64,000 bases of DNA from an uncultured virus (IMG/VR IMGVR_UViG_3300024999_000050). Lineage: Duplodnaviria; Heunggongvirae; Uroviricota; Caudoviricetes. The notes under the pieces were generated by a model. The model ran no database searches. It was not told the origin of the DNA and was given only the letters and a program-made list of their open reading frames with translations. Of the stretch, positions 1 to 8,087 are shown piece by piece (within the stretch, counting starts at the first letter, position 1; the number at the start of each line of letters is the position of its first letter). A program made the translations under genes and the position numbers. The DNA lies in IMG/VR virus record IMGVR_UViG_3300024999_000050; one strand, written 5' to 3'.

Positions 1-126
1 TTGCTGTTGTGGTACAGCTATCACTCCGCCCGGTTGTCCCTGTGGGACCGGTGTGGCGGACACTTGCTGTTGTGGTACAGCTATCACTCCGCCCGGTTGT
101 CCCTGTGGGACCGGTGTGGCGGACAC
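1..126. repeat. Two exact tandem copies of a 63-bp GC-rich unit with an internal hairpin
   Basis: 1-63 = 64-126; each unit contains TCCGCC..GTCCC-TGT-GGGAC..GGCGGA inverted arms; may continue off the window. Confidence 0.95.
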
Positions 127-127
127 T

Positions 128-311
128 CTACCATATTCAATTGTTACCGCTGGACTATGCTATCATACTACCAGGTTACTACTTCAACGTATTACCTCTT
201 TAACGCTTTAACATGGTAAAGTGTTAACGTATTAACGTGGTAGCATGGTAACGCTTTAACGCTTTAACATGGTAAAGTGTTAACGTATTAACGTGGTAAC
301 GCGTTACCACG
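128..311. repeat. Degenerate 8-bp-period tandem array with a 56-bp higher-order repeat
   Basis: Units TTAACGCT/TTAACATG/GTAAAGTG/TTAACGTA/TTAACGTG at 200-239 recur at 256-295; more degenerate units at 128-199. Confidence 0.85.
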
Positions 312-475
312 GTGAACCGGCGAAGGACCGTCTATCCCTCCCGGCCGGTCCCAATTTTTTTTACGAACCCCCTAAAAATTTTTCGCCCCTCCCCCGAATT
401 TTTTTCTTACTCGGTTCAATTTTTTTTAAAAACTCCCCTAAAATTTTTTCTTAAACTTCCCCAGAGAAATTGTTA

Positions 476-503
476 AATAAAAATCCGGCATTGATAGCCG
501 GAA
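476..503 (-). terminator. Intrinsic terminator
   Basis: CCGGC..GCCGG stem, T-rich tail on minus strand; near-identical hairpin at ~1855-1882. Confidence 0.65.
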
Positions 504-525
504 ATTTTATAGAATTATTTATTAA

Positions 526-705
526 TTAGTTTTCTTTCAATTTATCACTCGGCCATTTGTCGTTTTCAATAACGATATCGGCCTGCTCTTCACTTGCAAA
601 GTATCCCCAAGAAACAGGTTTTGGAGATGTTAAATGCAACTGAACACTAGAAAATAATTCTTGTTTATACGGATTTCCGTCCTTATCTTTTTCAGCGTAC
701 CACAT
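526..705 (-). CDS. Hypothetical protein, 59 aa (MWYAEKDKDG...), not in ORF track
   Basis: Hand-translated; AAGGAGG RBS upstream. Confidence 0.7.
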   Translation of the reverse strand: MWYAEKDKDGNPYKQELFSSVQLHLTSPKPVSWGYFASEEQADIVIENDKWPSDKLKEN

Positions 706-890
706 AAATCATTCCTCCTTAATCTTATTAACTAAATAAATATTAAAAACTACATAAAAAAAATATTTCAAAGAATTGAAGTAATAATCTAATAGCATAT
801 TTATCTCAAACATAACTAAAGAGGATGCTATTAGAGATATAGATAATAAATAAAGTAATTCTCTATTAAAAATAGATACTCACACCTCCT

Positions 891-1115
891 TTATATTTTT
901 AAAAATCCATTAGACCATTGAAAATAGCAAAAGCTAATAAGTTTTTGTTTATACATTAACTTCAATTCTTTCTGGTACTGATCTTTTGTAAAATAACCTA
1001 ACTGGATTACCATTCTGGAATAATCAGAGGTTAGAAAAAGATCAATAAGACCTTTCTTTTTCATGTTGTTTAGTTTTGCCCAGATTTTATTCTTATCTTT
1101 TAAAGGAATCACCAC
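891..1115 (-). CDS. Hypothetical protein
   Basis: 74-aa ORF abutting upstream gene. Confidence 0.65.
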   Translation of the reverse strand: MVIPLKDKNKIWAKLNNMKKKGLIDLFLTSDYSRMVIQLGYFTKDQYQKELKLMYKQKLISFCYFQWSNGFLKI

Positions 1116-1116
1116 C

Positions 1117-1791
1117 TTATAATTTATATGTTTTAGGATCAGTTTCTTTCTGTTGATTACCTTTAGTATGTTCTCTGATCCATATTTTCTTACCAGATTT
1201 GAGTTTTCTAAAATGTCCTCTAACTTTCCAAGACTCAGTATGTCTTGTGAAAATTTTTGGAGTCTCGGCTGAATTATTTTTATCCGGTAGCCCGTTTATC
1301 CGGTAAATAGTTTTAGTTATTTTTACAACTCTATTTTTATTACCGGAGGATTTTCTATTTTTCTTAGGTTTCTTATTTTCTATTTCAGTAACGGTTTCCC
1401 GATTTATGTATTCTATATTATTCTGATAATTAACCATATAAGACATCATTGACATAAAGATAGTATTAAAATCAGCTATAACATCGTCATTCTTATCCAA
1501 TTCTATATTTAAAGATTTTGTATTATCTCTTACTTCTGTAACTTTCCATGTGATATGATTATAGCTAAATCTAAGAATTTCTAATGAATTAATAAATACT
1601 TTATGATGTATCACTGATCCTTCTACTTTAAAGTATTGTTTATAGTCAGATATCTCAATTACTCCTTCTGTTAAAACAGGTTTAAAATTTCTGACTAATT
1701 CCCTATTTTCATCTCTCCAGGAAAGAAGTTTCTTTATGTCTTCCTCTGTTAAAATTATTCTATCTAATCTACTTAAGTTCATTTGTATCAA
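1117..1791 (-). CDS. Hypothetical phage protein with C-terminal VRGHFR...WIREH motif
   Basis: Motif recurrent in uncharacterised phage proteins; true start probably the ATG of MNLS. Confidence 0.75.
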   Translation of the reverse strand: MIQMNLSRLDRIILTEEDIKKLLSWRDENRELVRNFKPVLTEGVIEISDYKQYFKVEGSVIHHKVFINSLEILRFSYNHITWKVTEVRDNTKSLNIELDKNDDVIADFNTIFMSMMSYMVNYQNNIEYINRETVTEIENKKPKKNRKSSGNKNRVVKITKTIYRINGLPDKNNSAETPKIFTRHTESWKVRGHFRKLKSGKKIWIREHTKGNQQKETDPKTYKL

Positions 1792-1819
1792 CTACTTTCA
1801 AAAACTTATTTATAACATT

Positions 1820-1842
1820 ATATCAAGTATAACATGATATTT
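1820..1842 (-). promoter_or_regulatory. Repeated promoter/operator element, copy 1
   Basis: ATATCAAGTATAACATGATATTT identical to 13250-13272; contains TGnTATACT on minus strand. Confidence 0.75.
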
Positions 1843-1883
1843 CAATAGTTTAAATAAAAAAATCCGGCTATAGAGCCGGAAAA

Positions 1884-2384
1884 TTATTCGCCAGGAATTA
1901 TATTTACATACTTAAGTTTATCGTTCCATTCCACTCCACAACCTAACGCTTCGGCAGCAAATCTTAGAGGAACCATTATTCTATCATCTTCTAGATAAGG
2001 GGTAGGTTTCATATCGTAGGTCTGACCATTAATCATTGCATATTTATCGCCTACAATAAAGGATAACCTATGTCTGTATCCTTCGCCTGTAACCATATCA
2101 TAATAATGATCCTTTCTTGCTGTTATTACTTTATTTCTGTAATAAACTTCAGCCCCTAACATTTCAAACAATGGCCGTAACGGAACCATAATATAATCAT
2201 CTTTCCGAACTGGTTCTGGTTCAATATTCTGAAGGATTCCATCATACACAATATTGATCTGATCCTTTACTTCTTCAACAACACCGTCCATTTCTCCCGG
2301 TTCTCCTATTTCTAGAGTATAAGAGTACCCTGGTGATGATAGAAACAAAAACAACAACAATGTTAAAATTAGTTTTTTAATCAT
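1884..2384 (-). CDS. Secreted protein with copper amine oxidase N-terminal (stalk) domain
   Basis: Signal peptide; two IMVPLR motifs and FAAEALG-x-VEW typical of the domain. Confidence 0.85.
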   Translation of the reverse strand: MIKKLILTLLLFLFLSSPGYSYTLEIGEPGEMDGVVEEVKDQINIVYDGILQNIEPEPVRKDDYIMVPLRPLFEMLGAEVYYRNKVITARKDHYYDMVTGEGYRHRLSFIVGDKYAMINGQTYDMKPTPYLEDDRIMVPLRFAAEALGCGVEWNDKLKYVNIIPGE

Positions 2385-2583
2385 AAATTATACCTCCTAA
2401 AATTTTATTTTATTATAAACCTTATTTTTTATTTATTCAATATCTTTATTTAGAGGGCTTATATTAGCCCCTAAGATACAAAACCATTTAAACACAAATA
2501 AAGCCCCTAAATAGGGCTGTGATGGAGATGTAGTAGTATTTTAAATCATTTATTATTGTTTCGATATAATTATAGATAGGGAG

Positions 2584-2805
2584 GTGATTATTATGTCTTC
2601 AAGAAATCCTTTTATAGAGTTACCCAAAATGGGAGAACATAAAGGTTTTATGTTAGGTCATCGTGTAGATATTGGGGAAGGTAAAAAGGGAAAGGTTGTT
2701 GGTTTTTCTAAGGATCAGACCGGGAAAGTAGTCTTGGATGTAGAAGTTAAAAAAATTGTTCATTATTCCCCTGAAACATTTCTAAATAAAAATAAACCCT
2801 CTTAA
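2584..2805 (+). CDS. Hypothetical protein (small beta-rich, KOW/SH3-like)
   Basis: GGGAGGTG RBS, TATAAT upstream, hairpin at 2793-2815; one of only two credible plus-strand genes. Confidence 0.7.
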   Translation: MIIMSSRNPFIELPKMGEHKGFMLGHRVDIGEGKKGKVVGFSKDQTGKVVLDVEVKKIVHYSPETFLNKNKPS

Positions 2806-2813
2806 TTGAGGGT

Positions 2814-3062
2814 TTAAAAATTTTTTCTTGATTTTTCCCAATCTATTTTCCCATCCTTAAATACAAATCCGAATTTCTCCATCTTTTTTCTGGTCTCTTC
2901 TTGCATAATTCGGATTTGTTCTTCTAAACTAGGCTGCCTCTTTCTCCATTCTTCCATACATTTTTCACATTTCTCATATTTATTACTTACATCAACTTTG
3001 AATGATTTTCCGCAGCTATCGCAGACTCTTGACCACCCAAAGCAATAATTGTAATAATTTAT
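2814..3062 (-). CDS. Hypothetical zinc-binding protein, probable ATA start
   Basis: 83-codon frame with CDSC...CEKC; GAGGTG 7 nt before ATA; in-frame TGA just upstream. Confidence 0.6.
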   Translation of the reverse strand: MNYYNYCFGWSRVCDSCGKSFKVDVSNKYEKCEKCMEEWRKRQPSLEEQIRIMQEETRKKMEKFGFVFKDGKIDWEKSRKNF

Positions 3063-3142
3063 AGTAAATCACCTCGTATAAAAATTAAGATCTAATCCAC
3101 CCAACATAATTCAAACTGTTAATAATGGAACCAATAATTTTT

Positions 3143-3601
3143 TCATCTACTCATCTCCCAATCTTCATCTATACAGTCTAAATCCTTAAGAGCATTACTT
3201 TTGAATCTATCCATTCCGCAAGTATCCTTAATCAATGCTTTTATGGCATGATTTGAGGAATCCATTATTCTTACGAGACTTTCAAAAACTTTTAATTCGA
3301 TACCAGTATTTAATGTTAAGAAAGATGGATTGAAAGTCCAGATGCAAGCCTCTATCCTTCTTTCTATATCCTGTCTTCTAATTAGACAAAGACTTTTACA
3401 AAAAGCATTATCAACATTTTCAGAAATCTCACAATAACCACTTTTAGTATACTTACATAAAGGTATTTCTTCTCTACTAAGACACCCATCCTGGCTAACG
3501 GTTATTTTACTATTAGAACAAATTCCGGCAATATTTTTCTTGCAAGTAACTGAACAATAAATCTTAACAAGATTATTGATTTCTTCTAATTCTTCGCCCA
3601 T
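3143..3601 (-). CDS. Cys-rich hypothetical protein
   Basis: 152-aa ORF with N-terminal Cys clusters; GAGGTG RBS. Confidence 0.75.
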   Translation of the reverse strand: MGEELEEINNLVKIYCSVTCKKNIAGICSNSKITVSQDGCLSREEIPLCKYTKSGYCEISENVDNAFCKSLCLIRRQDIERRIEACIWTFNPSFLTLNTGIELKVFESLVRIMDSSNHAIKALIKDTCGMDRFKSNALKDLDCIDEDWEMSR

Positions 3602-3603
3602 TA

Positions 3604-3960
3604 TTACACCTCTTCAAATTCAAGGACTAAGCGTTTTACTCGCTTAAATCCTTTAAAAATAAATCCTCTTCCATTCGCCACTATCTCAGCTTTGTCTAGA
3701 GTTGTTAACTCCATTTCAGCCCAAAGTGGTTTTAAACCAAGTTCACATAACTTTCCGGTTACAGACATTGGGGCTACTACTACCATTTCATCACCAAGTT
3801 GATGATTAAACCTTTTAATAATATTTTCAGCATTACTAAAAGGTTTAGGATCTTCTATTATGGAAACATTTTCTCCAAAAATCCTTCTTAATTCTCTTAT
3901 TTGAGAGGGTAAAGGTTTATGTCGGCTAAACCAAATTATTCTCTTATGTCTTTTACTCAT
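3604..3960 (-). CDS. Csx16-like small protein, possible ring nuclease
   Basis: WFSRH N-terminus and GDEMVVVAP..GKLCELG resemble the Csx16 pattern SRH...GD-VIG-LP...LC--G. Confidence 0.5.
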   Translation of the reverse strand: MSKRHKRIIWFSRHKPLPSQIRELRRIFGENVSIIEDPKPFSNAENIIKRFNHQLGDEMVVVAPMSVTGKLCELGLKPLWAEMELTTLDKAEIVANGRGFIFKGFKRVKRLVLEFEEV

Positions 3961-4181
3961 TCTTTCACTTCCTTAATACTTATTATATTTCCTTTATGAA
4001 ATTTACAACTATATTCTCCAACTTTATTTTTTCCTTTAACAACAACATATTCACCCTCTAATTCTATTCCGAAAGCTTTTATATTTCCTATTTTGGCGAC
4101 TTTCTCATCATTTATGGGGTATTGATAAAAGCTTTCGGGGTTATAATAGAATTCAACTTCGTGAGTATGTTTACTCTCTAT
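3957..4181 (-). CDS. Hypothetical protein, probable ATA start
   Basis: 75-codon frame; GGAGGTG 7 nt before ATA; ATGA overlap with next gene. Confidence 0.65.
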   Translation of the reverse strand: MESKHTHEVEFYYNPESFYQYPINDEKVAKIGNIKAFGIELEGEYVVVKGKNKVGEYSCKFHKGNIISIKEVKE

Positions 4182-4229
4182 TAATTATCACCTCCTCTAG
4201 TTTACGGTTTAATTCTTAATCCTAAAAAA

Positions 4230-4598
4230 CTACTCCCCAACACACGTACACCAACCTTTAACATGACCACAAGGAAGTAAATCATTTAATCCTTCCTGAA
4301 CCCAGATTTCTCTCCTCGGGAAACAGTTACCTGAATCGTCATGTAAGGGTTTTACTACTAAATAAATAAAAGGATCTCCTGTATATCCGTGATTTTTATT
4401 AATAACTTCAACAACCTTAAAAGATAGGAAAGTTCCAGGAGTTTCCGAAACTTTTAAATCGTATCCCACTAATAGGGATCTATCTATAAGGTTGTATACT
4501 TGACTTCCGTTCAAAAAACAACCTATAAAAATATCCCCTTTTACTTCTAAGGGTAACATTTTTACTTTATTTCTTTCTATAACTTTTAAAAAATTCAT
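4230..4598 (-). CDS. Hypothetical protein
   Basis: 122-aa ORF, GGGAGG RBS. Confidence 0.75.
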   Translation of the reverse strand: MNFLKVIERNKVKMLPLEVKGDIFIGCFLNGSQVYNLIDRSLLVGYDLKVSETPGTFLSFKVVEVINKNHGYTGDPFIYLVVKPLHDDSGNCFPRREIWVQEGLNDLLPCGHVKGWCTCVGE

Positions 4599-4691
4599 CT
4601 AAATTCCTCCCTCAATTTATTTTTCCTGGTGGGGCTTTTTCGGATAACCCCAAACCTGAGACTACTACACCAACAGAAGATGTCTGTGTAT

Positions 4692-5006
4692 CTAAAACAT
4701 TATAACCTGCCCCGTAGCCGGATCTGCTACCTGAATGACTCTTCGTTTGTATTTCCAGCACTCCCTACAGTAGGATGCTTCTCTTCCGGGGTTATGTTCA
4801 CACTCCGAAAAGTACCTTTTTAGTCTTCCTTCCAGGGCTTCCTGAACTGTAAACTCTATAAACTTCTCGGTTTGCTCCCCGTCAGGAAAAATTACACTGA
4901 CTCCCAACTGCCAGTGTTCGGATCGGGTAAAAGGAACTCCCTGAGCTGTGGCTAATTCTAAAATTTGATTCTGAATGTAACCGTAATGGTTTGATGAATA
5001 TGGAAT
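4692..5006 (-). CDS. Hypothetical protein, probable ATT start (extends track ORF 4692-4907)
   Basis: Frame open to AAGGAGGAATTTAG-ATT, same leader as GGAGGAATTTAG-ATG at 4598. Confidence 0.65.
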   Translation of the reverse strand: MPYSSNHYGYIQNQILELATAQGVPFTRSEHWQLGVSVIFPDGEQTEKFIEFTVQEALEGRLKRYFSECEHNPGREASYCRECWKYKRRVIQVADPATGQVIMF

Positions 5007-5030
5007 CTAAATTCCTCCTTCGTATTTTTC

Positions 5031-5060
5031 GTTAGGTCAGGGAGGCCTCCCTGACCTAAC
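5031..5060. repeat. Perfect 30-bp palindrome
   Basis: GTTAGGTCAGGGAGG|CCTCCCTGACCTAAC. Confidence 0.95.
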
Positions 5061-5069
5061 TGTGTTTGG

Positions 5070-5360
5070 CTACTTCGATACTTCCCATCCTCGCCTGACA
5101 GCTTCCGAAACCAGATTCTCATTGTCGCTGTCATTGTTTTTGTTTGCCCACAGAAGTTCGTGAGCTAATATTTCGTCTGACATTGTACTTGAATCCCTAC
5201 CAAAAATCGGCCCGTCGTAAACATCAAGTGAATCCCTACGTTCCTTGCGGAGTCTTTTCTGTTCTACCTTGTCTCCGACTTTCTCTGCCTCCAAAGATAG
5301 TTTTGCGTTTAAATCTAACTTGCTACCTATTTTAATTTTCATTATATCTCCTCCATCCAT
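5070..5360 (-). CDS. Hypothetical protein (true start probably MKIKIG)
   Basis: GGAGG lies inside the called start region, just before the second ATG. Confidence 0.7.
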   Translation of the reverse strand: MDGGDIMKIKIGSKLDLNAKLSLEAEKVGDKVEQKRLRKERRDSLDVYDGPIFGRDSSTMSDEILAHELLWANKNNDSDNENLVSEAVRRGWEVSK

Positions 5361-5372
5361 TAATTAATATCA

Positions 5373-5401
5373 AGTATATCAAGATATTTTAGCTATGTCA
5401 A
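5373..5401 (-). promoter_or_regulatory. sigA-type promoter overlapping repeated operator copy 2
   Basis: TTGACA-17-TATACT with TG extension; 5367-5389 matches the 1820 element at 21/23. Confidence 0.8.
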
Positions 5402-5414
5402 TATAATTTACCAA

Positions 5415-5448
5415 ATAAAAAAACCAGAACAGTATATGTTCTGGTTTA
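5415..5448 (-). terminator. Intrinsic terminator after methyltransferase
   Basis: AAACCAGAAC..GTTCTGGTTT stem plus T tract; similar hairpin at 13308-13340. Confidence 0.75.
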
Positions 5449-5453
5449 TAGTT

Positions 5454-8087
5454 TTAATACTTAACTTTCTTTTTTTTCACTTTTGCAAACTTTATTTTCT
5501 TTTTCAATCCAAATGATTTTGCTATTTGTTTTGCTAATTTGTAGGCCAACAAAGTAGGAACTCCGTTTCCTACTACTTTATATTGTGCTGATAAACTTAT
5601 CTTTTCTTTCTTATCTGTTACCCCTATTGTTTCATCGGGAAATACATAAAAATCGGGAACAGACTGAATTCTTAAACATTCTCTAACACTAAACCTTCTA
5701 GGTTTGTTCGGGTGAAGCTGGCAAGCTGCTTTTCCCAAAATAGAAGAAGTTATAGTGTTAGCTGGTTTGTCTCCTTTTATTCTTTTCAAGAATGTTGTCT
5801 TACCTCCAGGACTATTTATAGCATTTCCCATGAATTTTTCTTGATCTTTCTTGGGTAAGTCTTTCCAATTTCCACCTGGAGGTATTTTGTGAGCAAATTC
5901 TTTTTCATCATTTCTTAAACTATATCCAGTACAATTCGGAATATAGTTTGGATGGATACTTTCACATCTTTTCTTAGTATCTATGGTTGGACTCGGTTTA
6001 AACCAATCTGTAGTTCTATTTGATTTATCGTAACTCCAACCAAAATTAACATTATCGAAACAAACATGATTATCATGTTTGTTTATCAAAAATTGATGAG
6101 GGTTATTTCCAACATTATTCGTCAAAGTGAAAGACGGTTTATCCATATCAAAGATTCTTACATTTTCTTTTCCGGAAGAACTCATTTTCTTAGTTTTCAT
6201 TCTTTCTATAACGTAATCCGGAAGATCTCCTAGACTTGTATTATTTGGATAAAACAATCCATAGGGAACCCCTCTACTAAAGTTAGCTTGGATAGTTCCC
6301 CCTGGTTCAGCCATATTTTTAGGTCTATGTTTACTTTTCATTCTTCTTGGATCTCTATGAATATATTCTAATGCTTTTTCTGATAATTCTTTTACTTCGT
6401 GATTGAAAATTGGTTCAGGTAAATCCCCTATTACATCTCTGAGAACAAGTCTTTCATTTTCTGGGACCGGTTCAGGCCAGCTAAACTTTACTCTTTGATC
6501 TTTTCGTATCCCAACAATAAAAACTCTTTCTCTTACTTGGGCTACTCCATGTTCCCAGGAATTAATAACTTTCCAAAAAGTTTTATATCCTAGTTTCCTA
6601 AACATTTTTAACAACTTTTTAAAAGTATGAATATGTTTCTTACTTACTAAACCTTTTACGTTCTCAAAAAGAAACCATTTAGGTTTCAGAGTTTTTATTT
6701 GATGTAAATAATTGAAAACAAGAATCCCTCTTACTCCGTTTTCCCCTTCTCCGTTTCCTGCATGAGAAAAATCTTGACAATTATGAACTGCTATTAGAGG
6801 CAAACAATAAGAGTTATCTTTTTCAACTTCTAAATTATAAACTGTTAAACTTTTAACATATTTCTTTTTAATCTTATCTATCTTAAAAAATACATAATCA
6901 TCTGTAAATTCCACACAACGACCTTGATTTGTTCCTGTTTTTAATTCATAACAATTTTTAGTGTTAACTATTCTACCTTCTATAATTGCTGTACCTGCCT
7001 TATTTCCTAAAGTTAAAGAATATAGTCTTCTTTCTGTTTTTAATAATAATCTTTGAATACCTTCCAATAATTTTATAGAAACAGATGAAAAACTCGTATA
7101 ACCATTTGAAATACTACCATCACCCTTAAAGTAGCCCTCTATCAAAGATTTACCTAATTCTATGGGTAAATTTTGGACAAATTCGGGAATAATTTTATCT
7201 ACGGCTGTATGTCCAGTAGTAAATTGTTTTACAAAGAGCCATAACTCTCGGTTTGTTATATTTATTCTCATACACGTTCTCATATTAGATATATGATATT
7301 TAAGATTTAGTTTTTTAAGAATTCTGCAAATAAATTTCTTTTTCTTTTTATTTGCAGCAAAAGAAATCCCATAATACTTTCTCATTTTATTTTTATTTCT
7401 TTTATGTTTATCTCTAGTCCATCCTTCTGCCAACCAATAACCAATAAGTTTCCAAAAATCTATCGAATCTAAAGGTAAATTTGTTTCTCTTAACTCTGAA
7501 TAGTTTTGATTGATTATATTAGTGTAAACTATTTGATTCGGCAATTCAGATTTTTTATTAATTGGGAAACCAACATAATCTGTTCTTTCTAAATCTTTTA
7601 CCTCTACCCACCCTCTTTTCGTATAAAAAGGATGTTCCGGAGTTACTCTAATAGGTATTCTATAATACTTACAAACAATATTATATAAATATCCATTATT
7701 TTTTCTTTCCATAGTTTTAATTACTTTTTTATATCTTCCCTTATGAGTTAATACTTTTTCTCCTGTTTTTATATTCTCTATTTCTTTTAATCCTTCTTTG
7801 GTTATTATTCTTTGCCCTGCCGGGAAACATGGAGGTCCACCTACAATTCCATCTACTTTACCAATATAACCTTCTGGTATTTTTAATTTAGAAATATCAG
7901 TTTTCTCAATATGATCCCCAATATTAAATTCATAAGCCTTTACAGCGTTTACATCAAAATCATAAGCTTTGACTATTTTAAAATGACCCTCTAAACAGAA
8001 TCCTAAATCCAATAATCCACCACCAGAAAATAAACTTAGTATCTTATGTTTTCCTCTCACTTTTGTAAACTTAATTTTCTTCATCAC
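5454..8087 (-). CDS. DNA (cytosine-5) methyltransferase with intein, probably multispecific
   Basis: Motifs LFSGGG, GGPP|CQDFS (split by intein), FENV, QVRERVF, RRFSVRECLRIQ, VGNGVP; long variable region. Confidence 0.95.
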   Translation of the reverse strand: MMKKIKFTKVRGKHKILSLFSGGGLLDLGFCLEGHFKIVKAYDFDVNAVKAYEFNIGDHIEKTDISKLKIPEGYIGKVDGIVGGPPCFPAGQRIITKEGLKEIENIKTGEKVLTHKGRYKKVIKTMERKNNGYLYNIVCKYYRIPIRVTPEHPFYTKRGWVEVKDLERTDYVGFPINKKSELPNQIVYTNIINQNYSELRETNLPLDSIDFWKLIGYWLAEGWTRDKHKRNKNKMRKYYGISFAANKKKKKFICRILKKLNLKYHISNMRTCMRINITNRELWLFVKQFTTGHTAVDKIIPEFVQNLPIELGKSLIEGYFKGDGSISNGYTSFSSVSIKLLEGIQRLLLKTERRLYSLTLGNKAGTAIIEGRIVNTKNCYELKTGTNQGRCVEFTDDYVFFKIDKIKKKYVKSLTVYNLEVEKDNSYCLPLIAVHNCQDFSHAGNGEGENGVRGILVFNYLHQIKTLKPKWFLFENVKGLVSKKHIHTFKKLLKMFRKLGYKTFWKVINSWEHGVAQVRERVFIVGIRKDQRVKFSWPEPVPENERLVLRDVIGDLPEPIFNHEVKELSEKALEYIHRDPRRMKSKHRPKNMAEPGGTIQANFSRGVPYGLFYPNNTSLGDLPDYVIERMKTKKMSSSGKENVRIFDMDKPSFTLTNNVGNNPHQFLINKHDNHVCFDNVNFGWSYDKSNRTTDWFKPSPTIDTKKRCESIHPNYIPNCTGYSLRNDEKEFAHKIPPGGNWKDLPKKDQEKFMGNAINSPGGKTTFLKRIKGDKPANTITSSILGKAACQLHPNKPRRFSVRECLRIQSVPDFYVFPDETIGVTDKKEKISLSAQYKVVGNGVPTLLAYKLAKQIAKSFGLKKKIKFAKVKKKKVKY
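6780..7829 (-). mobile_element. 350-aa intein with LAGLIDADG homing endonuclease
   Basis: Starts CFPAG, block B TPEHPF, IGYWLAEG and IEGYFKGDG motifs, ends VYNLEV...VHN followed by C. Confidence 0.93.

Noticed and set aside
1..219. Plus-strand ORFs 1-219 and 9-203
   Set aside because: By-products of the 63-bp repeat; no RBS, atypical composition
1..311. CRISPR array
   Set aside because: Repeats are directly tandem with no unique spacers; no cas genes
740..885. Possible small membrane-protein gene after an AGGAGG RBS
   Set aside because: No convincing start codon, and the frame ends near a homopolymer run; cannot support a call
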